NCBI GenBank assembly: GCA_963723855.1
Contig: CAVRSI010000015.1
Span: 195,553 to 259,552 of the forward strand
Direction: 5' to 3'
Source: an uncultured Actinomycetes bacterium
GTDB taxonomy: Bacteria > Actinomycetota > UBA4738 > HRBIN12
DNA length: 64,000 nucleotides
Translations under genes and position numbers: made by a program
Part shown: one piece after another, positions 45,560 through 56,899 of the stretch
Layout: each line of letters starts with the position of its first letter
How positions within the stretch are numbered: position 1 is the first letter of the stretch
Notes under the pieces: model-generated
What the model saw: the letters and a program-made list of their open reading frames with translations, nothing else
What the model was told of the DNA's origin: nothing
Database searches by the model: none

Positions 45560-46456
45560 TCAGGCGGTGGGTCCCGACACGCCTCGAAGGTACTCCGCGA
45601 CGGCGCTCAGGTCGTGACCCTCGAACCCGGCGGCAAGCGCGTCGCCCACGGTCCTGCGGTTCTGTGCCGCCTGGTCCATCGGCGCGCCGACCTCCTCGGC
45701 GAGGGCGAGGATCAGATCCAGGTCCTTCGCCATCAGGTCCATGAGGAACGCCGGCGCGGTCTCGTCGGGACGCTCGAACGCGTCCCGCTTGTAGAGGACG
45801 AACGGGGCGGCGGCAGCGCCCGACGCGAAGATCTCGTAGGCGGCGAGACGATCGACCCCGGCCTTCTCGGCCAGCACGAGGGCCTCGGACAATCCGACGT
45901 CGATCGCATGGATGAGCGAATTGACCGCCAGCTTCATCGTGGCTCCCGCGCCGAGCGCGCCGACGTGGAAGACCTTCGTGGCCAGCACGTCGAGCACGGG
46001 CCGCGCGCGATCCAGGGCGGAGGGATCGCCGCCGACCATGATCGTGAGCTCGCCCTTCTCGACCGTCGAGACGCTTCCGGAGACCGGGGCGTCCAACAGC
46101 GTCGCGCCGCGCGCTTCGATCGGCGGTGCGATCTCGCGAACCGTCTGCGGCGCGATCGTGCTCATCTCCAGCACGACTTGCCCTTCCTGCACCCCGGCGG
46201 CCACGCCCGTCGGCCCGCCGTACGTCTGGATCACCGCGGCGTCGTCGGCCAGGCTCGAGATCACGACATCCGCGCCGTCGATCGCACCGGCGATGGTCTC
46301 CGACGCTGAGGCTCCGGATCGGTCGGCCACCTCGCTCGCGGCCGCGGCCGTCCGGTTCCAGACGCGAACGGGCACGCCGGCGCGCCGGAGCGTCCCGACC
46401 ATCGCGCCCCCCATCCGACCGGCGCCGACGACGGCGACCGTCTTCGGATCGGTCAT
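45560..46456 (-). CDS. NAD(P)-dependent beta-hydroxyacid dehydrogenase (3-hydroxyisobutyrate dehydrogenase family)
   Basis: VAVVGAGRMGGAMVGTL Rossmann motif, ...LDAPVSGSVSTVEKGELTIMVGG..., and MKLAVNSL. Confidence 0.8.
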   Translation of the reverse strand: MTDPKTVAVVGAGRMGGAMVGTLRRAGVPVRVWNRTAAAASEVADRSGASASETIAGAIDGADVVISSLADDAAVIQTYGGPTGVAAGVQEGQVVLEMSTIAPQTVREIAPPIEARGATLLDAPVSGSVSTVEKGELTIMVGGDPSALDRARPVLDVLATKVFHVGALGAGATMKLAVNSLIHAIDVGLSEALVLAEKAGVDRLAAYEIFASGAAAAPFVLYKRDAFERPDETAPAFLMDLMAKDLDLILALAEEVGAPMDQAAQNRRTVGDALAAGFEGHDLSAVAEYLRGVSGPTA

Positions 46457-47151
46457 GTGAGCGACCAGCCTCCGTCGATCCGGATCTCGGTGCCGTTCAT
46501 CGAGGGGTTCTCCAGCAGGAAGAACGCCGCGTCGGTCACGTCGCGCGCCTGGACCCAGCGTCCGGTCGGGGTCTTCGCCCTCACACCCTCGAGCGCCTCG
46601 GTCTTCGGCTCCCAGAACGGCGTGTCGGCCACGATCCCCGGGTGGAGCGCGTTCACGCGGATCGGTGCGAGCTCGGGCACCATCGTTCGCACCATCCCGT
46701 CCACGCCGTGGTTGATCGTCGTGATCGTCGTGGAGCCGGGATAGGGACGGAGCTTCGCGAGCCCGCCGTACAGCACGATCGAGGCGTCCGGCGTGAGCCG
46801 GCCCAGGAGCTGATGGATCGTCTCGGTGTACCCGACCAGCTTCAGCGTCACCAGCCGCATCGCCGCCGCCACGTCGTAGTCGGCCACGGTGTTCAGGTCG
46901 CGGTCGAGCGCGCAGAGCGCCAGGCGGTCGACCGTCCCCACGTCGGCCAGCGCGGGTCCGATCGTCGCGGGCTCGGAGAGGTCGAACGCGGCGCTCCCGA
47001 CGTCGTCGCCGAGCTCGGCCGCGACCTTCGCCGCCCGCTCAGCGTCGCGACCCGTGACCAGCACGCGCCGGCCTGCCTCCACGTAGCGACGGGCCAGGTC
47101 CAACCCGAGACCCTGCGTGCCGCCTACCACCACGACCAGATGCTCGCTCAC
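46453..47151 (-). CDS. Short-chain dehydrogenase/reductase (SDR)
   Basis: From GTG 47151 (GTGA overlap): VVVVGGTQGLGLDLARRY...VNALHPGIV... ATGA overlap with the downstream dehydrogenase. Confidence 0.7.
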   Translation of the reverse strand: MSEHLVVVVGGTQGLGLDLARRYVEAGRRVLVTGRDAERAAKVAAELGDDVGSAAFDLSEPATIGPALADVGTVDRLALCALDRDLNTVADYDVAAAMRLVTLKLVGYTETIHQLLGRLTPDASIVLYGGLAKLRPYPGSTTITTINHGVDGMVRTMVPELAPIRVNALHPGIVADTPFWEPKTEALEGVRAKTPTGRWVQARDVTDAAFFLLENPSMNGTEIRIDGGWSLT

Positions 47152-48054
47152 TCCGACCGTCCCTTCTTCTCCGTCGCCGCCACCAGGTACTCCCAGTCCC
47201 GCGCGAACCGATACGAGTGACGCGCCGGGGGCTGCGGCGCCTGGGTCTCGAGCCACCGGACGATGCCGGGCCCGGGGTTCGAGAACGCATGGACGCAACC
47301 GACGCCAGCCCACGCCACGTCGCCGGGGACCATGTGGTAGGACTCGCCGTCGAACTCGGCGTCGACCTCGCCGTCGAGGATCAGGTACGTCTCTTCGTAC
47401 GCGTGGTCGTGCCTGCCCGCCATCCCGCGCGGCTCGTACTGCACCATGAACATCGTGAGCAGCTGCGCGCCCAGATCGCTGTCGATCATCATCTTCACGG
47501 TGATCCCGCTGTAGACGAGGAGCGCGGTGCGCATGCTGGCCGAGACGGCGAGCATGTCCTGCGTCTGCTTGTCGACCTCCATGTTCCCGGGGTCGATGTG
47601 GCCGAACGACCGCGTTCGCGGATCGCGGACGTCGATCGGCGTCGGCTCGCGCTCGGGGAGCGCCGGCACCGGATACGTGTCACCCTGGACCCGCGCGCGC
47701 GGCTGCGGCGCCAGCATCTGCGCCCATCGGACCGGCGAGTCGGACACGTTGCGGAGCGCGTGCGGCGCCCCGACGGCGCTCACCCCGTAGTCGCCGACGC
47801 GCAGGAGGTTCGCACCCTCCCCGGTGTCGACGACGACCTCGCCGTCCAGGACGTACAGGCTGTCCTCGTAGCTGTGGACGTGCCAGGGGACGAGGCCGCC
47901 CGGCGGCCAGCTCGACGATCGCGAAGCCCGTGTGTACCGCGCCGGGCGTGCCTTCGTCGACGATCGACCACCGTCGCAATCCCGTGGCGTTGGAACCCGC
48001 AGGGGCGGCGAGGTCGATCTCGCCGCCCCTGCGGACCACATGGCGGGAGCTCAC
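47148..48054 (-). CDS. Bicupin protein; one frame break near 47892-47905
   Basis: N-terminus from ORF 47680..48636 (VSSRHVVRRGGEIDLAAPAGSNATGLRRWSIVDEGTPGAVHTGFAIVELAAG). It joins GLVPWHVHSYEDSLYVLDGEVVVDT... and a second cupin, GRHDHAYEETYLILDGEV, in ORF 47148..48041. Confidence 0.7.
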
Positions 48055-49417
48055 GATCCCGCTGCCTCCTGCTGCTTCTTCGCCAGCGCGTCCCGCAGGT
48101 AGGAGCTCGAAGCCTCGAGCTTCTTCCGCGCCGACTCCCAATCGGCGGTCAGCTTCCCGCCCTGCTTCTGGATCGCGCCGCCGATGATCACCGTGTCGAC
48201 GTTCGAGGTGTCGGCGCAGAGCACGACGGTTGCCACCGGGTCGATCACCGGCGCGGTCCCGGGCGCCTTGCCGTCGATCACGACCACGTCCGCCTTCTTG
48301 CCCGGCGTCAGCGAACCGGTGCGGTCCTCGAGCCCGGCCACGTGGGCACCGTCGAGCGTGGCCATCGTCAGCATGTCGCGGGCCGTCAGCGCGTCGTCGG
48401 GCAGCGGCGCCTCGCTCTCCCAGACCGAGTCGTTCGACTTCCACCGCTCCTCGGCGAACGCGCACCGCATCTCGGTGAACATGTCGCCGGGCACGGTGGT
48501 GACGACGTCGATCGACAGGCTGGGCCGCAGACCGTGCGCCCGCGCCTTCATGATGGGCGGCCACCCGTGCCCCATCTGCATCTCCACCTGCGGCGCGATC
48601 GAGATCGTGCCCCTGCTCTTCGCGACCAGGTCCCACTCCTCGTCGCTGAAGTAGCAGCAGTGGATGTAGGTCGTGTCGGCGCCGAGCAAGCCGAGACCGT
48701 CAAGTTGCTTGACCATCCCCCACTTGCCGGCCAGCTTCCCCATCGCGATGTGCACGGTGATCGGGATGCCGAGGTCGCGGGCCATCCCCCACTCCGCGCG
48801 CACCACGTCGTCCTGGCAGAACCCGGGGCCGCGCGTGGCGAGCCCCATCGTCAGCAGCCCGTCGTCCGATGCGAAGTACGTCGACGCGGATCCGCTCCAC
48901 GTCGTCGCGCGGGATCGCGATCGAGCTATTGAACCAGTAGTCGGCGAGCGACGTGTTCGCGCTGCCGTACGCGTAGAGCGAGCGGATGCCCGCCTCCCTG
49001 AGACCCTGGATCCCGGCATCGGGATGATCGGGCGTGTTGTTGATGTGCGACCAGTCGACGAGCGTCGTGATGCCGGCGTTGATGCACTCCAGCGCCCCGG
49101 CCAGGTTGCTGGCGTAGACGTCCTCGGGGCGGTACAGCGGCGCGAAGCTGTCCAGGACCTCCACGAAGTAGTCGTCGAGCGTGGCGTTGGGGGCGCAGTT
49201 GCGGATCGCCGCCTCCCACGTGTGCCGGTGCGTGTCGACGAAGCCGGGGATCACGATGTCACCCGAGCACGTCGATCACCTGGGCGTCGGCGGAGAGGTC
49301 CGTCCCCACCTGGACGATCGTGTCGCCCTCGATCAGGACGTCGCCGCCCGGGATGTCCCCGAGCTGCGGGTCCACCGTGAGCACGTGCCCCCCTCGCAGC
49401 AAGATCCGATCCGCCAT
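48051..49417 (-). CDS. Amidohydrolase (metal-dependent, HxH type), paralogue A; two frame breaks (48880-48892, 49257-49262)
   Basis: MADRILLRGGHVLTVDP...VIDVLG (ORF 49259..49471), then (D)IVIPGFVDTHRHTWEAAIRN...DWSHINN (ORF 48700..49254), then STYFASDDGLLTMGLATRGPGF...ITVHIAMG...YIHCCY...LSIDVVT...GSLTPGKKADVVVID (ORF 48051..49019). A strong SD, GAGGAGGAAG, precedes it. Confidence 0.8.
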
Positions 49418-49448
49418 GTCGCTTCCTCCTCGATCGGTCGACGTTCGC

Positions 49449-50423
49449 TCAGCCCACGGCGCGACGGACACCCTCGACGATCCGATCGACGGACGGGATC
49501 GCGGCGTCTTCGAGCACGTCGGCGGACGGCAACGGGATGTGCGGCGTCGTCACGCGGACGATCGGCCCGTCGAGCGCGAAGAACCCCTCCTCCGCCACGA
49601 TCGACGCGACCTCCGCTCCCCAGCCGCACAGGCGCGGGTTCTCCTCGACGGTGACGAGCCGGCTGGTCCTGCCGACGGAGTCGAGGATCGCGGGTACGTC
49701 GAGCGGCACCAGCGAACGGACGTCGATCACCTCTGCCGAGACGCCGTCGCCGGCCAGCGCCTCCGCGGCCGAGAGCGCCTTCGGAACCATGGCGCCCAGC
49801 GCGCAGATCGTGACGTCATCGCCCGAGCGCAGCACCCGGGCGGTCCCCAGCCGATCGACGATCTCTCCGTCCGGCACCTCGCCCTTGGACGAATAGAGCA
49901 CCTTCGGCTCGACGACGATCACGGGATCCGGGTCGCGCACCGCCGCGGCGAACAGCCCGATCATGTCGACCGGCGTGGACGGGACGACGACCTTCAACCC
50001 CGGGATCGCCATCATCCAGGACTCCACGCTCTGCGAGTGCTGCGCGCCGAACCGGACCCCGCCGCCGTTCGCGGTCCGGATCACGAGCGGCAGGGCGACC
50101 TGCCCGTTCGTCATGTAGCGGGTCTTCGCGATCTGGTTCGCCACGAGGTCCCAGCAGACGGCGAAGAAGTCGCTGAACATGAGCTCGGCGATGGGACGCA
50201 GGCCGTTCATCGCTGCGCCCATCGCCGCGCCGATGATCGCCTGCTCGCTGATCGGCGTGTCGCGCACGCGGTCGGGACCGAACCGATCCAACAGCCCTTC
50301 GGTCGTCTTGAACACACCGCCGGCCGCCGCGATGTCCTCGCCGATGAAGTACACGGTCGGGTCGCGCTCCATCTCCTGCGCGATCGCCCGCGCGACCGCC
50401 TCGCGGTACGTCAGCTCCGCCAC
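49449..50423 (-). CDS. 2-oxoacid (pyruvate/acetoin-type) dehydrogenase E1 component, beta subunit
   Basis: 324 aa: MAELTYREAVARAIAQEMERDPTVYFIGEDIAAAGGVFKTTEGLLDRFGPDRVRDTPISEQAIIGAAMGAAMNGLRPIAELMFSDF... Confidence 0.85.
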   Translation of the reverse strand: MAELTYREAVARAIAQEMERDPTVYFIGEDIAAAGGVFKTTEGLLDRFGPDRVRDTPISEQAIIGAAMGAAMNGLRPIAELMFSDFFAVCWDLVANQIAKTRYMTNGQVALPLVIRTANGGGVRFGAQHSQSVESWMMAIPGLKVVVPSTPVDMIGLFAAAVRDPDPVIVVEPKVLYSSKGEVPDGEIVDRLGTARVLRSGDDVTICALGAMVPKALSAAEALAGDGVSAEVIDVRSLVPLDVPAILDSVGRTSRLVTVEENPRLCGWGAEVASIVAEEGFFALDGPIVRVTTPHIPLPSADVLEDAAIPSVDRIVEGVRRAVG

Positions 50424-51411
50424 GCGGACCCCCCGTCGGCCCAGAGCTGGGTCTCGATCGACGCCGCGTCGGGCGGCGGCGCGGCCCTCGCCTCTTCGGT
50501 CGCACGGTCGACGGCCGCCAGGACCTCTTCATCGATCCCGTCCAGGACGGCGGCCTCCACACCATCGCCCGCCAGGCGCGCGCGATACATCGGGATCGGG
50601 TCGCGGCCGAGCCACTCGGCCACCTCGTCGTCGGGACGGTACTTCCCGGGGTCGGCGCGCGAGTGGCCGCCGTGGCGGTACGTCACGGCCTCGACCAGCG
50701 ACGGACCCTCGCCGGCCCGCGCCCGGTCGACCACGCGACGGGCGGTCGCGTGCACCTCGTCGGGATCGTTGCCGTCGATCAGGATCGACTCGAGGCCGTA
50801 CGCGGATGCCCGGTCGGCGGCCGGATGCTCGACCGCGGTGACCTCCCCGATCGCGCGTGTACTCCATATAGAGGTTGTTCTCGCAGACGTAGACGACGGG
50901 CAGCTTCCACACCACGGCCAGGTTCAGGGCCTCGTGGAACGCACCGATGTTCGTGGTCCCGTCCCCGAAGAAGCAGACGGCGACCTGCCCGGTGCCGCGC
51001 GCCTTCGCCGCCCATGCCGCCCCCGCGGCGATCGGCATGTGCGCCCCGACGATGGCGTAGGAGCCCATCGCGCCGTGTTCGACGTCGGTCAGATGCATCG
51101 ACCCGCCCTTGCCGCCGCACACGCCGGTCGCCCGGCCCATCAGCTCGGCCATCAGCCCGCCCATCGGCGCGCCGCGCAACAGCGTGTGGACATGGCCGCG
51201 GTACGTGCAGAACACCAGGTCCTTCGGCTCCAGCGCGGCAGCGAATCCGGCGGCCACCGCCTCCTGGCCCAGGCCGAGGTGAGACGTCCCCTTCACCAGG
51301 CCCTCGAGGAACAGGTCGTGCGCCCGCTTCTCGAACAGGCGCGCCCTCCTGCATCTTCCGGTAGATGTCGACCCGGACGTCCAGGTCCGATCGCGTCGCC
51401 GTGTCCGTCAT
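50411..51411 (-). CDS. 2-oxoacid dehydrogenase E1 component, alpha subunit (TPP-binding); two frame breaks (50848-50859, 51338-51352)
   Basis: MTDTATRSDLDVRVDIYRKMQ, then ARLFEKRAHDLFLEGLVKGTSHLGLGQEAVAAGF...GGKGGSMHL...FFGDGTTNIGAFHEALNLAVVWKLPVVYVCENNLYMEYT, then AIGEVTAVEHPAADRASAYGLESILIDGNDPDEVHATARRVVDRARAGEGPSLVEAVTYRHGGHS. Pieced together from three track ORFs. Confidence 0.8.
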
Positions 51412-51440
51412 CGCTCTGCCCCGTCCGCCCGCGCCCATGA

Positions 51441-52701
51441 TCAGTACTCGTTCGCGACCATGAGCTCTTCGCACGGGAACAGCGTGATCACGCGAGGGCC
51501 GTCAGCGGTGACGACGACCTCTTCCTCGATCCGCGCCGCCGAACGACCGTCCGCGGCCGGGCAGTACGTCTCCAGCGCGAACAGCATCCCCTCCTTGATC
51601 TCCAGGGGATCGATGAAGGAGTTCAGGCGCGTGATGATCGGACGTTCGTGCAGGCTGGCCCCGACCCCGTGGCCGAACTGGAGCCCGAACGCATCCATCT
51701 CGTCTTGCGAACCCGAACTCCTCGGCCTTCGGCCACACGGCGGCGATCTGGTCGGTCGAGACCCCCGGCTTGACCAGGTCGAGCGCGGCGTCCATCCATT
51801 CGCGCGACTGCTTGAACGCGTCGCGCTGCGCCGTGCTGGCGCGGCCGACGACGAACGTCCGGTAGTAGCAGGTCCGGTACCCGTTGAAGACGTGGATGAT
51901 GTCGAAGTACGCCTGATCGCCGGGGCGGATGAGCCGGTCGGTGAAGACGTGCGGGTGCGGGCTGCACCGCTCGCCCGCGATCGAGTTGATCGCCTCGACG
52001 AACTCCGATCCCATCTCGAACAGGCGCGCGTGCGCGAGGGCCACGATGTCGCTCTCGCGGACGCCGGGCTTCAGGGCCTCGAAGATGTCCTGGTACACGC
52101 CGTCGACCATCGCGCAGGCCTGCGTCAAGAGCATGATCTCGTCCGGGCTCTTGATCTCGCGTGCGTCGGCCATCACCTGCTGACCGTCGCGGACCGCGAT
52201 GCCGGCGTTCGCGAGCTCCAGGAAGACCGACGTCTCGGCGACGTCGACGCCGAGCGGCATGTCGCCCACGCCCTCCTCCATCATGATCGACTGGATCTCC
52301 TGCACGGCGCGCTTCTGCAGGCCGACCCGCGGATGGATCGCACCCTGGAGGCCGGTGTTGCCCCCGACCGAGTTCTTCTCGTCGTACAGGTGCGGCAGCT
52401 GCAGCCGATGCGCCTTCGCGGCCGAGCCGAAGTCGAAGATCCGCGGTCGGCCCGTCCGCGTGAGGAGCGCGTAGCGCTCACCCTTGTTGAACGCCCAGTA
52501 GCCGATCTGGGTGGCGGTGACGTAGCGGATGTTGCTCGTCTCGAACAGCAGGAGCGCGCCCAGATCGGAGGCCTCGAGCGCCTCACGGGTGCGGTCCAGC
52601 CGGTAGGTGCGGAGCCGCTCGAAATCGACGCGTACCTCCCAGTCGACGCCGGCGATGCCGGGTGATGGGGTCGTCGCGACCGGGAACCCGTCCGTCGTCA
52701 T
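51441..52701 (-). CDS. M24-family metallohydrolase (creatinase / Xaa-Pro peptidase-like); one frame break near 51701-51714
   Basis: ORF 51502..52749 (…IKSPDEIMLLTQACAMVDGVY...GERCSPHPHVFTDRLIRPGDQAYFDIIHVFNGYRTCYYRTFVVG...) continues in ORF 51441..51698 (DEMDAFGLQFGHGVGASLHERPII...GMLFALETYC...ARIEEEVVVT). ATG 52701 has better SD spacing than 52707. Confidence 0.75.
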
Positions 52702-52848
52702 GGGCATGTCCTCCTCGAGTGCTGGCGACCGACCATCGGATAGCCCCACTTACCGGGTCCGTCGCGATATGCATCATACGCAGGTCGCTCGTTCGCGTGC
52801 ACGGGCACATCGTGTGCAGTGACACTACTCACCGGCGCTCCTCTCTCA

Positions 52849-55306
52849 TCAGATGCTCGGGGGTTTGAACCCCGACTTGGCCAGGACGAACGCGCGGGAC
52901 TCCGTGGCCATCCGCTTCACCGCCGGCCAGTCGACGTGCAGCAACTCGCCGTGTCGCTTCATGATCCGGCCGGCGATCACGACCGTGTCGACGTTCCCGG
53001 TGTCCATCCCCGCGACGACCGCGGTCGCCGGATCGTTGAGCGGCGTCACGTTCATCCGGTCGGTGCGCAACATGATCAGGTCGGCCTGTTTGCCCGGCGT
53101 CAGCGTCCCGATCTTGGAGTCGAGCCCGATCGCCTTGGCCCCCTCGATCGTGGCGCAGGCGAGGACCTCCTGCGCTCGGAGCGGCGGCTTGCCTTCGGCG
53201 GCCGCCGAAACGCGTTGCAGCGCCTGCACCGAACGCATCTGGTTGAACATGTCGCCCGGCACGTTGGTCTCGACGTCTACGCTCAGGCTCGGCGGCAGAC
53301 CCCGGTCCAGGAACTTCTGGATCGGGGGCATCCCGTGCCCCATCATCATCTCCACCGGAGACGCCAGGGACACGGTTCCGCCCGAGTCGACGATCATCTG
53401 GATCTCGGTGTCGTTCAGCGTGGTGCAGTGGATGTACGTCGTGTCGGGACCGAGCAGCCCGGCCTCGCCGAACTCCTGGAGCTTGGCGTCCTGCCCGTAG
53501 CTCCCCACCCCCACGTGGGTCGTGATCCGCGCGCCCGCCTCCCGGGCCAGCTTCCAGTGGTCGCGCGTCACCTCGAAGTCCGTGAACTCCGGGCCCGGCG
53601 CGGCGAGCGCCAGCGTCAGCATCTGATCGTTCGATGAGAAGTACTCGGTCGCCGCGCGGACGAACCAACTGGGCTGACGCTCCTCCCACTTGCCCCACCA
53701 CGGGAACCCGTAGGCGAACACCGCTCGCATGCCGGAATCCTGGAGGGCCTGGATCACCGCGTCGGTGTGGGCCGGCGAGCCCTGGATGTGCGACCAGTCC
53801 AGGAGCGTGGTGATGCCGGCGTCGATCGCGCCGAGCGCCGAGATCAGATCGCCGATGTACGCGTCCTCCGGCCGGAACGCCGGCGCCAGCTTGTGCAAGA
53901 CGAACGAGATGTAGCCGGACCGCCCCTCGAGCGGGACGTCGGTGCCGATGTTGCGCAGGAGCCCTTCCCAGATGTGGCGATGGGAATCGACGAAGCCCGG
54001 CATCACGATCATGCCCGACGCGTCGATCACCTCGGCTTCCCCGTTCTGCAGACCGGGCCCGACCGCGACGATCTCGCCGTGCCGGATCAGGACGTCGGCC
54101 GTCGCGAAGTCCCCCACGTTCGGATCGAGGCTCATCACCGTGCCTCCCCGGATCAGCATCCGTCCGGTCGGCACCACGCGGAAGTCGGGACCCGACGGGT
54201 AGAGCTCGGGGATGGCGGCCGAGGCGGGAGGTCGGCTCCCGATCACCCGGCGCCGGGCTCGCTTGTAGTTCCGCTTCACGAGCTCCTTGATGTCGCCCGC
54301 CTGGAACAACATGATCCCGAGGAGCACCAGGACGCCCGTGATCACCATGCCGTGCTCGGCGCTCAGGCCCAGGAAGGGCAGCGCGGCGATGATCAGCGCC
54401 AGGAGCACCGACGCGACCGTTCCCCCGATGAACGTCGCCCGTCCACCCGAGAGCGCGGCCCCACCGAGCACCGCAGCCGTGATGCTGCTCAGCGCGTAGC
54501 TGTCGCCGATCTGCGCGTTCCCGATCCCCGAGCGCGTCATCACCATGAACGAGGCGAGGGCCGCGAACAACGCCGACAGCACCAGGGCCCGCACCCGGAT
54601 CCACGCGGTGGGGACGCCGCTGCGTTTCGCCGACTGCTCGTCGAAGCCGGTCGAGCGCACGCGGAGGCCCGAACCGGTGGCGTGGAGCCAGTAGTCGAGC
54701 GCACCCGCCCCGATCACGATGGCGATGAACGCGATGGGGATCGGGCCGATCCGTTTCGCCAGCAACGAGGTGAAGTTGCGATCGATGATCCCGCCCGGCG
54801 TGTCCCGCAGGCTGAGCGAGATCCCGCTGAGGATGCTGAGCGTGGCCAGGGTCGCGATGATCGACGGGATCTTCAAACCGCGAACCAGACCGGCGTTGAC
54901 CAGTCCGAGGGCCAGGCCGGCGAGGAAGACGACGCCGACCCCGAGGACGACGTGCGCGGTGGTCGAGTCGGGGCCGATCAGGAAGGACGCGATCACGACG
55001 CCGAGGGTGACCATCGCCCCCACCGAGAGGTCGAGGTAGCCGACGAGGAGCGCGTGGGTCTGGCCGATCGCCACCAGCGCGAGCGGCGCGGCCAGAAGCA
55101 GGATGCTCGTGACGTTCGCGTGGTTGATGAATCCCGGGAAGCGCGAGCTGGTGTACACGGCGACCGCCACGATCAGCAGGAGCTGCAGCACCACCGGCAT
55201 CCACAGGCGGAACCGGACGATCTTCCGCCACTTGTTCTTGTCGCGGGCGTCGCGGATGACCTTGCGGATCGCCAGCCTGCTCGGAATCGAGACGGGTGGT
55301 GGTCAC
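52849..55306 (-). CDS. CUT2-type ABC permease fused in frame to amidohydrolase paralogue B (permease about 54290-55306, linker, amidohydrolase about 52849-54177); one N-terminal frame break near 55270-55285
   Basis: ORF 52849..55200 reads through from a 10-TM permease (…NVTSILLLAAPLALVAIGQTHALLVGYLDLSVGAM...RSTGFDEQSAKRSGV...) via ...LFQAGDIKELVKRNYKRARRRVIGSRPPASAAIPELYPSGPDFRVVPTGR into MLIRGGTVMSLDP...MPGFVDSHRHIWEG...THVGVG...YIHCTT...LSVDVET...GTLTPGKQADLIMLR, with no stop. The upstream in-frame codons LAIRKVIRDARDKNKWRKIVRFRLW lack a start. GTG 55306 (GTGA with a TGA at 55303) is one frame off. Confidence 0.65.
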
Positions 55307-56899
55307 GTCATGCCTTGCGAGGAAGGGCTCTTCGGCATGGCCATCCCGAACGGGAGAACGCCCGGCCTTGGAGAGACCGGGCCCGCGCACGATGGCCTCG
55401 ACGATACGGCGCTCGTCCAGCTCCTCGGCGGGGATCTCCTCGATGATCTGGCCGCGGGACATGACGAGCACCCGATCGCACAGACCGGCGAGCTCGAGCG
55501 GGTCGCTCGATTTGACCAGGAGCGCGGCCCCGGCGTCGGTCCGCGAGCGCAACGCGGCGTAGATGTCGAAGCGGGAACCGACGTCGACGCCCTGCGTCGG
55601 CTCGTACGCCAGGATGACGGTCGGCTCCCTGAGGAACGATCGTCCGACGGCCACCTTCTGCTGGTTCCCACCGGAGAGGAACTGCACCGGCTGCTCGAGC
55701 GACGGCGTGCGGATCTCGAGCCGGTCGACCAGTTCCTGGACGGTCCTGCGTTCGCGTCGCCGACGGAGCACACCCATCACGCTGAACCGTCGCAACGTCT
55801 GAACGGTCGAGTTGACGCGGACCCCGAGCACCGGCATCAGCGCCTCGCGCTTGCGGTCGCCGGGAAGCAACATGATCCCCGCCCGCACCGCCTCGTGGGT
55901 CGACGTCAGCATCAACTCCGTGCCGTCGCAGTCGACACGGCCCGCTCGCGGCGGTTGCCGGCCCGCCAGGCAATCGAACAGCTCGGGCTGGCCGTTGCCC
56001 TCGGCGCCGGCGATGCCGACGATCTCCCCACGCTGCATCGTGAAGCTGACGGGGCCGAAGGACTGACCCTGGAGACCGTCGACGAGCAGGACCTCGCGCT
56101 GCTCGCCGCCGTCCGGTGAGGCGGGAGGGAACGCCGCCTCGAAGGGGCGCCCGACGATCAACTCGACCAGGGCGGATTCGGTGGTATCGCGGGCATCGAA
56201 CGTGCCCTGGCTCCGGCCGTCCCGCAGGACCGTCACCCGATCGGCGACCTCCAGGACCTCCGGCAGCCGATGGCTCACGTAGACGACGCCTACGCCGCGT
56301 TCCCGGCAGGCGATCACGGTCCGGTGCAGCGCCTCCACCTCGGTAGGGCCGAGCGCCGTGGTGGGCTCGTCGAGGAGGAGCACCTTGGGGTCGGTGACGA
56401 GGGCCTTGGCCACCTCGAAGAGCTGGCGGTCGGCCAGGGTCAGGAACCCGGCCGGCGCGTCGGGGAAGAGCTCGAGGTCCAGGTCGAACTCGGCCAACAC
56501 GCGCCGCGCCCATCGCTTCCTCCGCCAGAAATGCGGACGGTGGTCCGATGGTGCGGCCAGGTAGAGGTTGTTCTTGACGGGCTGGGCCAGGATCAGCGAC
56601 GTGTCCTGGTAGGCCATGGCCAAGCCCAGCTTCCTGGCCTGCGCCGGAGAGTCCCGGCGCAGGGGTTGGCCCCCGATCTGGACCGTGCCCAGATCGGGGT
56701 CCACGAACCCGCTCGCGATCCCGAGGAGGGTCGACTTCCCCGAGCCGTTCTCGCCGACGAGCGCATGCACTTCGCCGGCACGGCAGTCGAAGCTGACGTC
56801 GGTCAGCGCCCGGACCGCCCCGAACTGGCGGGATACCCCGCGCAGTTCAAGGACCAGGTCCGAGGTCGCCGACCCTCCTTCGGGAACGCTGCTGCTCAT
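55303..56899 (-). CDS. ABC transporter ATP-binding protein, double-cassette (CUT2 type); 3' end uncertain (frame break near 55303-55330 inferred)
   Basis: The N-terminal 530 aa of the 1356-aa track ORF 52829..56899 carry Walker A GENGSGKST, LADRQLFEVAKAL, and LLLDEPTTAL. The second cassette has GAEGNGQPE, LSGGNQQKVAV, and ILAYEPTQGVD. Downstream of about 55300 that ORF is Arg-rich antisense of the permease. Confidence 0.8.

Noticed and set aside
52829-56899. A 1356-aa minus-strand ORF that might be read as a giant multidomain protein.
   Set aside because: Only the first 530 aa or so (the double ABC ATPase) look like protein. The remainder is Arg-rich and overlaps, out of frame, the well-conserved permease-amidohydrolase ORF 52849..55200.
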